Below, piece after piece: positions 8,062 through 15,879 of a stretch of DNA of 24,000 bases; positions within the stretch are counted from its first letter, which is position 1; every line of letters starts with the position of its first letter. The stretch is from Actinomycetota bacterium (lineage in GTDB: Bacteria > Actinomycetota > Coriobacteriia > Anaerosomatales > Anaerosomataceae), in the NCBI GenBank assembly GCA_009668945.1, contig SBEH01000004.1, positions 83,830 to 107,829 of the forward strand. Direction: 5' to 3'. The position numbers and the translations under genes are program-made. A model generated the notes under the pieces. It was given only the letters and a program-made list of their open reading frames with translations. It made no database searches and had not been told where the DNA came from.

Positions 8062-9429
8062 CTAGTTCCTGAGGCTCCCGAGCGGCGCCGGCATACGCCC
8101 GCCACGCGCGATGAGCTTGGCGCTGCTCCACTTCGAGACGTCCATCACGGGTGCCGCCCCGAGCAGGCCGCCCCAGCTGACGCGGTCGCCAGCCTTCTTG
8201 CCCATCGCGGGGATGAGGCGCGCGGCGGTGGTCTTGTTGTTGATGACGCCGATAGCACAGGCGTCGGAGATGATGCCGGCAAGTGTTTCGGCGGGCGTGT
8301 CCCCAGGGACCGCGATCATGTCGAGGCCAACCGAGCACACGGCGGTCATCGCCTCGAGCTTCTCGAGCGTGAGCGCGCCCGCCTCCACCGCGCGGACCAT
8401 GCCCGCGTCCTCGGAGACGGGGATGAACGCGCCCGAGAGGCCACCGACAGACGAGGTGCCCATGGCGCCGCCCTTCTTGACGGCGTCGTTCAAGAGCGCG
8501 AGTGCGGTAGTGGTGCCGGGCGCGCCGCAGCGCTCCACGCCTATCGCCTCGAGGATGTCGGCGACGCTGTCACCTTCGGCGGGGGTGGGCGCGAGCGAGA
8601 GGTCGACGATGCCCATCGAGACACCTAGCCTGCGTGCCGCCTCCCTGGCGACGAGCTCGCCCGCACGCGTGATCTTGAAGGATGTTGCCTTGATGGCCTC
8701 GGCGACGGCGGTTAGGTCTGCATCTTCCGGCATCGCGGCGACCACGGCGCGAACGACGCCTGGTCCGGAAATCCCCACGTTCACCACCACGTCCGCCTCG
8801 CCGGAGCCGTGGACGGCGCCTGCCATGAACGGGTTGTCCTCGACCATGTTCGCGAACACCACGAGCTTGGCGCACCCGATGCTGTCGGCATCGGCGGTAA
8901 GCGCCGCGGTCTCCTTCACGGTGTGCGCCATGCGTGCGATCGCGTCCATGTTGATCCCCGCGCGCGTGGACGCGACGTTCACGGAGGCGCATACGCGCTG
9001 AGTGGAGGCAAGTGCCTGCGGAATCGAGCGGATGAGCGCGTCGTCGGCGCGACCGACGCCTTTGTGCACGAGCGCTGAGAAGCCGCCGATGAAGTCGACG
9101 CCCACGGTTGCGGCGGCGCGGTCCATCGCCCCGGCGACCGGCGTGAGGTCCTCGCACGCACGTCGTCCCGCGACCTCGGCGACCGGGCTCACCGAGATGC
9201 GCTTGTTGCGGATGGGGATGCCGTACTCGCGCTCGATCGTCTCGCAGACGGGCACGAGCCGTTCGGCGGCCGAGGTGACCCGGTCGTAGAGCCTTCGGCT
9301 CATCTCGGCCGCGGTGTCTGCCGCGCACTCGCCGATTGAGACGCCGAGCGTGACCGTGCGGATGTCGAGGTGCTGCTGCTGCACCATCACGAGCGTTTCG
9401 GCAATCTCCTCGGGACTGATGTGAAGCAT
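8062..9429 (-). CDS. UPF0210 / DUF711 (PFL-like) family protein, function unknown
   Basis: 455 aa. The N-terminus [32 protein letters not shown] is typical of UPF0210. The size (~450 aa) and the immediately upstream ACT-domain partner match the conserved UPF0237-UPF0210 pair. Confidence 0.85.
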   Translation of the reverse strand: MLHISPEEIAETLVMVQQQHLDIRTVTLGVSIGECAADTAAEMSRRLYDRVTSAAERLVPVCETIEREYGIPIRNKRISVSPVAEVAGRRACEDLTPVAGAMDRAAATVGVDFIGGFSALVHKGVGRADDALIRSIPQALASTQRVCASVNVASTRAGINMDAIARMAHTVKETAALTADADSIGCAKLVVFANMVEDNPFMAGAVHGSGEADVVVNVGISGPGVVRAVVAAMPEDADLTAVAEAIKATSFKITRAGELVAREAARRLGVSMGIVDLSLAPTPAEGDSVADILEAIGVERCGAPGTTTALALLNDAVKKGGAMGTSSVGGLSGAFIPVSEDAGMVRAVEAGALTLEKLEAMTAVCSVGLDMIAVPGDTPAETLAGIISDACAIGVINNKTTAARLIPAMGKKAGDRVSWGGLLGAAPVMDVSKWSSAKLIARGGRMPAPLGSLRN

Positions 9430-9445
9430 CTCAGGCGTCCTCTCG

Positions 9446-9721
9446 CTACACGCGATGCATGAAGCGGAAGACGTCCTCCCGCTGGAGTGTGATCTGCATG
9501 CCGATGCGCTCGGCGACTTCGGCGAGCGCGGACTGGACTTCCTCGAAGGCGTGGGCGTCCTCGTCCACGGTCACGAGCATGGTCATCGAGAAGATGCCCG
9601 AGAGGATCGTCTGCCGGATGTCCTCGATGTTGACGCCATTCTCGGCGAGTGCGGTTGAGACTGCGGCGACGATTCCGACGCGATCTTGGCCGAGTACGGA
9701 CAGGACGGCTCTGGTCTTCAT
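9446..9721 (-). CDS. ACT domain-containing protein (UPF0237 family)
   Basis: 91 aa. [30 protein letters not shown] is a classic ACT beta-alpha-beta start. It lies 16 nt upstream of UPF0210, whose start is preceded by a GAGAGGA SD in the gap. Confidence 0.85.
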   Translation of the reverse strand: MKTRAVLSVLGQDRVGIVAAVSTALAENGVNIEDIRQTILSGIFSMTMLVTVDEDAHAFEEVQSALAEVAERIGMQITLQREDVFRFMHRV

Positions 9722-9751
9722 GGCTCCCCCGGTTCGGTAGAGGCTACGCGG

Positions 9752-9757
9752 TATACT
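9752..9757 (+). promoter_or_regulatory. candidate -10 box TATACT for the DUF951 gene, inside a 7-bp inverted repeat
   Basis: TATACT lies 38 nt upstream of GTG 9795. The repeat arms are GGTAGAG (9736-9742) and CTCTACC (9756-9762). On the opposite strand, TAGAGT could be the -10 for the ACT/UPF0210 operon. Confidence 0.3.
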
Positions 9758-9794
9758 CTACCCGCCTTCACAGTCCCTGTCCGAGGAAGTCGTC

Positions 9795-10034
9795 GTGGCC
9801 GTTCCGATAACCCCCATCAAGATGGGCGACGTGGTGCGCCTCAAGAAGCCGCATCCGTGCGGCGCGAACGAGTGGGAGGTCACCAAGCTCGGGATGGATA
9901 TCGGCCTCAGGTGCGTGGGATGCGACCGGAAAGTGAGGCTCGAGCGCTACGAATTCGACCGCCGGTTCCGCGGCTTCATCCGGCGTGCGCTCGAGAGCGG
10001 CGAGGGAACCGGAGAGTCCGCCGAGACCGGCTAG
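9795..10034 (+). CDS. DUF951 family small protein
   Basis: 79 aa. GDVVRLKKPHPCGANEWEVTKLGMDIGLRCVGCDRKV matches the DUF951 CxxC-type core as I recall it. GTG 9795 has a GAGGAAG SD. An internal ATG (MGDVV) is an alternative start. Confidence 0.75.
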   Translation: MAVPITPIKMGDVVRLKKPHPCGANEWEVTKLGMDIGLRCVGCDRKVRLERYEFDRRFRGFIRRALESGEGTGESAETG

Positions 10035-10915
10035 GACTCGCCCGGCGCTGGCACTTCGGCTGCCGGCGGGTACTCGTTGATCTGGAAATGCACGTGATCC
10101 CCGCCGTTGGTGGTGTAGCCGGCGAGCTGGATCGCGATCTTGTCGGACATCTTGCGCACTGCGCCGAGTTGCGTGACGCCCGCCTTCACACGGTCGCCGA
10201 CCTCGGCGCGCACCTCCTGCACGTGGATGAGCACCGCCTCCACCTCGGGCCGACCCTGCGGGCGGATGTGTATCTCGTAGTCCTCCCACTTGTCGTACAG
10301 CAGATAGGGCTTCACTGCGATGACGGTACCGGTGATCGGGGAGTACACCGGCGTGCCCGGGTCCGCGCCCATATCGGCCGCTGAGTCCGGCATGCCGCCG
10401 CGTCCGCTGCGCCATAGGCGCAGCACGAGTCCGGGCCATACGCCCTCGGCGACAGGGGCAGTGGGATCGAGGGGAGGCACCGCCTTGAGCTGCGCCGCAA
10501 GCGCCATGTCGGCATCGGGCACGAGCGAGGTCATGTGGAGCGCGTACTCGCCCGAGGCCTGGTGGAACGCCACCGCGGTCACCTGCGAGGGGTCGATCGC
10601 GAGGCGGATGTCGGTGCCGCCCTCCCGGGCCAGAAGCGGCGTCGGCTCGCGCTCCGGCGCTGACTCCTTCTCCTCGGCGGCGATCGCCTGGATCGTGTGC
10701 GCCTGCTCGCTCTGTGTCGCCGGCTTGCCGCCCTCCCACGCGAGCGACCACCCGATCGCGGCCAGTCCGACGACGGCGACCGCAACGGTCATCGTGGGGT
10801 ACGGCGAGCGCTGTTTGACCGGGCGTCGCGCGCGCACGCTAAGGCCAGTGTCCATCACCGGGCCCAGGTCCGAGCGGATCGCGGGCGTGCGACGCTGCGG
10901 GGGTCGCCGGCTCAC
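10031..10915 (-). CDS. membrane-anchored M23/LytM-like protein with variant first metal-ligand motif
   Basis: 294 aa. One TM span (MTVAVAVVGLAAIGWSLAW). The C-terminal domain aligns to M23: DSAADMGA in place of HxxxD, then PVYSPITGTVIAV, LIHV, VGDRVKAGVTQLGAV and GGDHVHFQI (HxH). The start overlaps the CapA-like stop (GTGA). Confidence 0.7.
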   Translation of the reverse strand: MSRRPPQRRTPAIRSDLGPVMDTGLSVRARRPVKQRSPYPTMTVAVAVVGLAAIGWSLAWEGGKPATQSEQAHTIQAIAAEEKESAPEREPTPLLAREGGTDIRLAIDPSQVTAVAFHQASGEYALHMTSLVPDADMALAAQLKAVPPLDPTAPVAEGVWPGLVLRLWRSGRGGMPDSAADMGADPGTPVYSPITGTVIAVKPYLLYDKWEDYEIHIRPQGRPEVEAVLIHVQEVRAEVGDRVKAGVTQLGAVRKMSDKIAIQLAGYTTNGGDHVHFQINEYPPAAEVPAPGES

Positions 10916-12156
10916 GGTGTCACCGTCGCGATGTCGCCGTTCAGCGTGACCACCGTGTCCCGCTTGGCCGAGATCGTCCTGAGCCTCTCGATGATCACTG
11001 CCGCTTCCTGTCCGGTAACGTATCCGGGTTTGCCGGCCGAGTTCAGGTACACGGGCGTCACTCGCACGTTGCTCACGCCTGAAGGTCCCATGTCTGCTTC
11101 CAGGATGAACGCCTCACCCGTCTTGCGCGAGTAGTGGTCGAACACGAAGTCGCCGAGCGAGTACGCGATCAGCTTGCCGTTGTAGTACTCCACGGCCTGA
11201 ATGACGTGCGGGTGGTGGGAGAGCACCATGTCGGCGCCGGCGTCGATCGACGTGCGGGCATCCTTCACCTGCTCCGCGTTGCAGTCATCGACGTTCTCGA
11301 CCCCCCAGTGGTACGAGACGATCACATAGTCGTAGGCGGCGTCGGCGGCCGCTATCGCGGCGGCGACCTCCTTCATGTTCATCCGGCCCTGGGCGATGCC
11401 GGGCCGCGTGTTGGTGGCCACGAAGCCGTTCGGCAGGATGTGAGAGAAGGAGAGGAACGCCACCGTGGTGCCGTTGATATCGCGCACGGCGGGGGTCCAC
11501 GCGGCCGCCTTGTTCGTCCCGGCGCCCGCGTGGCCGATGCCGGCTGCGTCCAGGCGCGCGATCGTGTCCGCGAGCGCTTCGGTGCCGCAGTCGAGCGAGT
11601 GGTTGTTCGCAAGCGCCAGGAAGTCGAACCCTGCGGCGGTGAGTCCTTCGATGCCACGCGGGTCGCCCTGGAACGTGTAGTCCTTGTCGGTGCGGTGCAC
11701 ACCGAGGGTGGTCATAGGGCTCTCGAGGTTGCCGATCGTGATGTCGGCCGCGGCAAGCTGTTTCGCGACGTCGGCGAGCGGCGCGGTTCCTCCCGACCTC
11801 GCGATGAGCGCCTTCACCTGCCGGTCGAACTGCATGTCGCCAACGGCTGCGACGGTGATCGTCGCCGGTCCCGAAGGAGCTGGCGGGAGCGTTGCGACGA
11901 GCGACAACGGCTCGATTGCGGCCGAGGAGTCGATGGTCGTGATGCGCGGCTCCTCGGGCTTGCCGATCTTGAGGTCCAATCGGGTGACCGCAAGCCAAGC
12001 CCCCCCGGCGAGGACTGCGATGAGTGCCGCCGAAACCGCGGTCGTCACTGCGCGACGCGTCCGACGACGCCGTGCGGCGGCGCCCGCTTCGGTTCTGCTT
12101 CTGGGGGTAGCGGGCATGGCGTCGGTCCGCTCGCGCCCTGCCCTGAACGCGGGCAA
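10912..12156 (-). CDS. CapA/PGA_cap family metallophosphoesterase-like protein, membrane-anchored
   Basis: Motifs: AAVGDMQFDR, NLESPMT, FLALANNHSLDCG, VIVSYHWGVE, MVLSHHPHVIQ, YSLGDFVFD. N-terminal TM span AVSAALIAVLAGGAWLAV. The start is TTG 12156 or in-frame ATG 12117. Confidence 0.82.
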   Translation of the reverse strand: MPAFRAGRERTDAMPATPRSRTEAGAAARRRRTRRAVTTAVSAALIAVLAGGAWLAVTRLDLKIGKPEEPRITTIDSSAAIEPLSLVATLPPAPSGPATITVAAVGDMQFDRQVKALIARSGGTAPLADVAKQLAAADITIGNLESPMTTLGVHRTDKDYTFQGDPRGIEGLTAAGFDFLALANNHSLDCGTEALADTIARLDAAGIGHAGAGTNKAAAWTPAVRDINGTTVAFLSFSHILPNGFVATNTRPGIAQGRMNMKEVAAAIAAADAAYDYVIVSYHWGVENVDDCNAEQVKDARTSIDAGADMVLSHHPHVIQAVEYYNGKLIAYSLGDFVFDHYSRKTGEAFILEADMGPSGVSNVRVTPVYLNSAGKPGYVTGQEAAVIIERLRTISAKRDTVVTLNGDIATVTP

Positions 12157-12187
12157 GACTGGTGGTTCGGGAATGGCTCGTGCGTAC

Positions 12188-12193
12188 TATACT
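12188..12193 (+). promoter_or_regulatory. candidate -10 box TATACT of the V-type ATPase operon
   Basis: TATACT lies in the 119-nt gap between the divergent CapA-like gene and the first ATPase gene. It is followed by an ~80-nt leader with inverted repeats. Confidence 0.35.
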
Positions 12194-12275
12194 GTACGGA
12201 TGCACCGGCCGTCCCGTACGGCTGCTTGTCCGATGCCGGTGCCAGGAACCGCCGAACGGCAGCCGTTTCGCAAAG

Positions 12276-12593
12276 GTGGAGCGCTTGGAGAAGCTCGAGA
12301 GGATACTGCATGCCGAGGATGCGGCACGCGTCTCGGCTGAGGACGCACAGACCGCCGCAGCGGGGATGGTCGCCGACGCGCGCGTGAAAGCGGCGGAGCT
12401 GCTCAAGTCCGGGCGGCAGAAGCTGCGCTCCCAGGTTGCCGCCTTGCGCGAGAAGTCGCTCGCTCAGGCCCAAGCCGATGCGGAGCGGGTCTCTGCGGCG
12501 GCCGCGGACCACGCGCGTGATGTGCTCGCGGCCGCGGAGGCGCGCGAGGCCGACGCACTCGCCGCAGTGCTCCAGGTGCTGAGAGAGCCGTAA
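12276..12593 (+). CDS. V/A-type ATPase peripheral-stalk subunit G/H-like (small Ala/Glu-rich coiled-coil protein)
   Basis: About 105 aa of uninterrupted helical, Ala/Glu/Arg-rich sequence. Its stop abuts the atpI start (12593/12594). It occupies the first position, as in the Thermus atpG-I-L-E-C-F-A-B-D order. The start is uncertain: GTG 12276, TTG 12285, or the longer TTG 12162 ORF. Confidence 0.6.
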   Translation: MERLEKLERILHAEDAARVSAEDAQTAAAGMVADARVKAAELLKSGRQKLRSQVAALREKSLAQAQADAERVSAAAADHARDVLAAAEAREADALAAVLQVLREP

Positions 12594-14780
12594 GTGTCCG
12601 TCGCGCGAATGCTCAAGGTCACCGTACTCGCCCACCAGTCGGCGATGGACGACCTCGTCCGCCGGATGCAGGACGCAGGCGTGCTCGACATAGAGAGCGC
12701 ACCGGCCGAGCTTCCGGCGATCGCGATAGCATCAGACGACACCCGGCTGCGTGTACTCGAGGAGTCGCTCGCGAACGCCACGTTCGTGCGCGACTTCCTG
12801 AAGCGATTCCACGTCTCCGAGCAGCCGTTCTCCGCGATGGTCGCCGAGAAGATCCACATGTCCGCCGAGGAATTCGCGTCGCTAGCGCCGGATGAGACGT
12901 CCGCCGAGCTCTACGTGAGGTGTGAGGACATCTCATCGAAGACCGCCACTCTCGAACGCGAGCGTGCGCGGGTGCTGCAGCTTGCGGCCGACCTCGCGCC
13001 GTGGGAGCCGGTCCGGCTGGAGATCACACGCTGGACCGGGACGGAGCATGTCGCGCTGTTCACGGGCATCGTGCCCGCGGCTGACGGTCCGGGTATCCGC
13101 CAGGCGCTGCGCGAAGCGACATCGCTGATGTCCGTCGACGAGGCGCAGTCCGTCGGCGGCAGGGTGGCCTGGGTCGTGATGGCGCATCGCTCGGTCCTGG
13201 AAGACGTGCGCGCCACGCTCGCGCTCACGAGCTTCCAGGAAGTGTCGTTCCCGGCACTCTCCGGATACGCTGCCGAGGAGCGCGCGTGCGCGCTAGCCCG
13301 CGCGGACGAGATCGACGGTGAGGTGGAAGCGCTCGATGCCGAGGCGCGGGAGCTTTCGGCGAAGCACTACCACCGGTCGGTGGCCCTGGTGGAGGTCATC
13401 GCGTCGCAACTCGACTCGCTCACCGTGCGTGAGAGCTTCGGCGCGACCGAGCGAACGTTCGCGATCGGCGGGTGGGTGAAGGCCGCAGACCGCGAGCCGC
13501 TGGAGAAGGCGCTGGAGCGATTCTCCGAGGTAGCGGACCTTACGCTGGAAGAACCCGCCGACGAAGACGCGCCTCCGGTGGTGCTGGACAACCCGCGCTT
13601 CCTCAAGCCGTTCGAGGTGCTCACTAACCTCTACGGTCTGCCCCGCTACGACGAATTCGACCCCACGCCCTTCCTGGCACCGTTCTTCTTCGCGTTCTTC
13701 GCGATCTGCATCGGAGACGTCGGCTACGGTCTCATGCTCATCGCGGGCGCCTGGTACATCAAGCACAAGATCGACGTAGCGCCGGGTGTGAAGCAGTTCA
13801 TGGACCTGCTGATGACCGGGGGCTTCGGCGCCATCATCGTTGGCGTGCTGTTCGGCTCGTACTTCGCGCTCGACTGGAACATGGTGAAGTCGGCCGTGCC
13901 GGTCCTCGACGTCTTCCAGGTGCTCGATCCGCTGAACGAGCTGCCGAAGTTCCTCGTGATCACCATCATCCTCGGCGTTACCCAGGTTCTTTTCGGCGTG
14001 CTCATCGCTGCTTACGACCTCGCACGTCGGGGCGATCGCGCGTCTGCGTTCTTCGACCAGATCTCAACGGTCCTGCTGTTCGTGGCCATCGGCGTCGCTG
14101 CGGCGGTGCCGTCGCTCACGATGCCCGCCATCGTGCTGGGCATCGGCGTCACGATGCTCTTCAAGGGTCGGGCGATCGAGGCGGCGTTTGCCGACGGCGA
14201 TCTTCCCGTGTGGGACAAGTCGCTCGGGATCGCGTGGTTCGGGCTGCTGCTGGGTGCGATGCTCGCGTGGGCGTTCGGCTGGGACGTGCCGCTTGGCCTG
14301 GCGCTGCTCGCGCTCACGGTGGCGGGGCTCGTCGTCTCGAAGGCCGTGCGCAAGATGGTCGTTGCGGTGCTTGGCGGCGCATACGCCGTCTACGGCATGT
14401 CGGCGTTCATCGGCGACATCCTCTCGTACACGCGCCTTGCGGCCCTCGGTCTGTCGGGCTCGCTCGTGGGCATGGTCTTCAACACACTTGCCGGACTGGT
14501 GATGGGCGGGGCCGGCGGACTGTTCGCCGAGGGCGGCTTTGGGATCCTGGGCGGCGTGATCGTCGTGGTACTGGCTGCGCTGGTGTTCGCGGTCGGCCAC
14601 GTGTTCAACGTGGTGATCAACCTCCTCGGCGCGTTCGTGCACCCGGCGCGTCTGCAGTTCGTGGAGTTCTTCAGCAAGTTCTACGAAGGCGGCGGCAGGG
14701 CCTTTGCGCCATTCGCTCGCCGCAAGAAGTCACTCGTGTTGCATGCCGGCGAGGTCCGGCAGGAAGGAGCGGGATCGTGA
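12594..14780 (+). CDS. atpI: V/A-type ATPase subunit I (a-subunit, membrane stator/ion channel)
   Basis: 728 aa. The N-terminal soluble domain begins (M)SVARMLKVTVLAHQS...QDAGVLDI, like other I subunits. The C-terminal half has multiple TM helices and the conserved LSYTRLAALGLSG arginine motif. Confidence 0.92.
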   Translation: MSVARMLKVTVLAHQSAMDDLVRRMQDAGVLDIESAPAELPAIAIASDDTRLRVLEESLANATFVRDFLKRFHVSEQPFSAMVAEKIHMSAEEFASLAPDETSAELYVRCEDISSKTATLERERARVLQLAADLAPWEPVRLEITRWTGTEHVALFTGIVPAADGPGIRQALREATSLMSVDEAQSVGGRVAWVVMAHRSVLEDVRATLALTSFQEVSFPALSGYAAEERACALARADEIDGEVEALDAEARELSAKHYHRSVALVEVIASQLDSLTVRESFGATERTFAIGGWVKAADREPLEKALERFSEVADLTLEEPADEDAPPVVLDNPRFLKPFEVLTNLYGLPRYDEFDPTPFLAPFFFAFFAICIGDVGYGLMLIAGAWYIKHKIDVAPGVKQFMDLLMTGGFGAIIVGVLFGSYFALDWNMVKSAVPVLDVFQVLDPLNELPKFLVITIILGVTQVLFGVLIAAYDLARRGDRASAFFDQISTVLLFVAIGVAAAVPSLTMPAIVLGIGVTMLFKGRAIEAAFADGDLPVWDKSLGIAWFGLLLGAMLAWAFGWDVPLGLALLALTVAGLVVSKAVRKMVVAVLGGAYAVYGMSAFIGDILSYTRLAALGLSGSLVGMVFNTLAGLVMGGAGGLFAEGGFGILGGVIVVVLAALVFAVGHVFNVVINLLGAFVHPARLQFVEFFSKFYEGGGRAFAPFARRKKSLVLHAGEVRQEGAGS

Positions 14781-15280
14781 CCGAAACGTTTTGGGGTCTG
14801 GCTGGCGCCGATTGGGCGTTGCTCGGGGGTGGCATCGCGGCCATCCTCTCTGGCATCGGCTCGGCGATCGGCATCACCATCGCAAGCGCGGTGGTATCCG
14901 GGATCGTCACCGAAGACAGTGAGAAGTTCGGCAAGCTGCTGCCGATAGCGGCGATGCCGGGCACGCAGGGCATCTACGGGTTCATCTCCGCGGTGCTCGT
15001 ACTCATCTTCTTCGGCATCTTCGGCGGCAACGTCGATCTCGTCGGTGTAGGCGGCTTCAAGGTCTTCCTCGCCTGCATGCCAGTGGCGTGGCTGTGCTTC
15101 ATCTCGGCCATCTACCAGGGCAAGACGGGCGCTTCGGCGGCCGGCATCGTCGCACGTCGCAGCGAGGACTCGGGCAAGGCGCTCATCCTCCCCGCGCTCG
15201 TGGAGACCTACGCGGTACTCTCGCTGATCGTAACGATCCTCATGCTGTTGGGCCTGTCGCAGGCGTATCCGGTCGGCTAG
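14777..15280 (+). CDS. atpK: V/A-type ATPase proteolipid subunit K (c-ring), duplicated 4-TM type
   Basis: GTG 14777 overlaps the atpI stop (GTGA) and is preceded by AGGAAGGAG. 167 aa. Motifs SGIGSAIG, MPGTQGIYGF, IYQGKTG and LVETYAVLS align with E. hirae NtpK. Confidence 0.9.
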   Translation: MTETFWGLAGADWALLGGGIAAILSGIGSAIGITIASAVVSGIVTEDSEKFGKLLPIAAMPGTQGIYGFISAVLVLIFFGIFGGNVDLVGVGGFKVFLACMPVAWLCFISAIYQGKTGASAAGIVARRSEDSGKALILPALVETYAVLSLIVTILMLLGLSQAYPVG

Positions 15281-15289
15281 GGGCCACTC

Positions 15290-15871
15290 GTGGCGATCAC
15301 CGATCTGATCACACGAATAGAAGCCGACGCGACGGCGGAAGCGGCCGACATCACAGGCGCAGCGGAGGCGGAAGTCGCGCGGATCGTGGGGGCTGCCGAA
15401 TCGACGCTCGATGCCGAACGGAAGGCGACGCTCGCCGCGGCCGAGTACGACGCTGCCCGGGACGGCGCGACGCTGCTCGCCAACGCTCGGCTCGCGGCGC
15501 GTGACTCGCTCCTGGCGGGCAAGCGCGCGATGGCCGAGCGCGTTCTCGCGCGCGCCGAGGAGGCGCTCGGGGTGCTCCCCGACGCCGAGTACGCCGAGCT
15601 CATCGCGGCTGGCGTTGCGCGTGCAGCCGCCGGTGGCGAGACGCTCGCGGTAGCGGCTGCGGATACGAAACGGCTGGGCGGCCTTGCCGCGGCGCTCGAG
15701 AAGCGCGGCGTGAAAGTGGCAATCTCCGCCGAGCCGGCGCCGATCGCGCGCGGCGCGCTGCTCACCGGCGACCGCATGCGTGTCGAGGTCTCGCCAGCGG
15801 CGATGGTGGCCGACCGCCGCGACGAGCTGCTGCTGGTGGCGGCTCGGGAGCTCTTCGGCGGAGCGGACTAG
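15290..15871 (+). CDS. atpE: V/A-type ATPase subunit E (peripheral stalk)
   Basis: 193 aa. A long N-terminal Ala/Glu helix followed by a globular C-terminus. The operon position after K matches the G-I-K-E-C-F-A-B-D order. Confidence 0.8.
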   Translation: MAITDLITRIEADATAEAADITGAAEAEVARIVGAAESTLDAERKATLAAAEYDAARDGATLLANARLAARDSLLAGKRAMAERVLARAEEALGVLPDAEYAELIAAGVARAAAGGETLAVAAADTKRLGGLAAALEKRGVKVAISAEPAPIARGALLTGDRMRVEVSPAAMVADRRDELLLVAARELFGGAD

Positions 15872-15879
15872 CGGCGGCA

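Noticed and set aside
11134-12406. Long ORFs opposite or alternate to the CapA-like gene (11134..12387 +, 417 aa; 11285..12406 -, 373 aa).
   Set aside because: They have no domain signatures and an Arg/Gly/Asp-rich composition. The CapA frame carries the full set of family motifs. These are high-GC frame artefacts.
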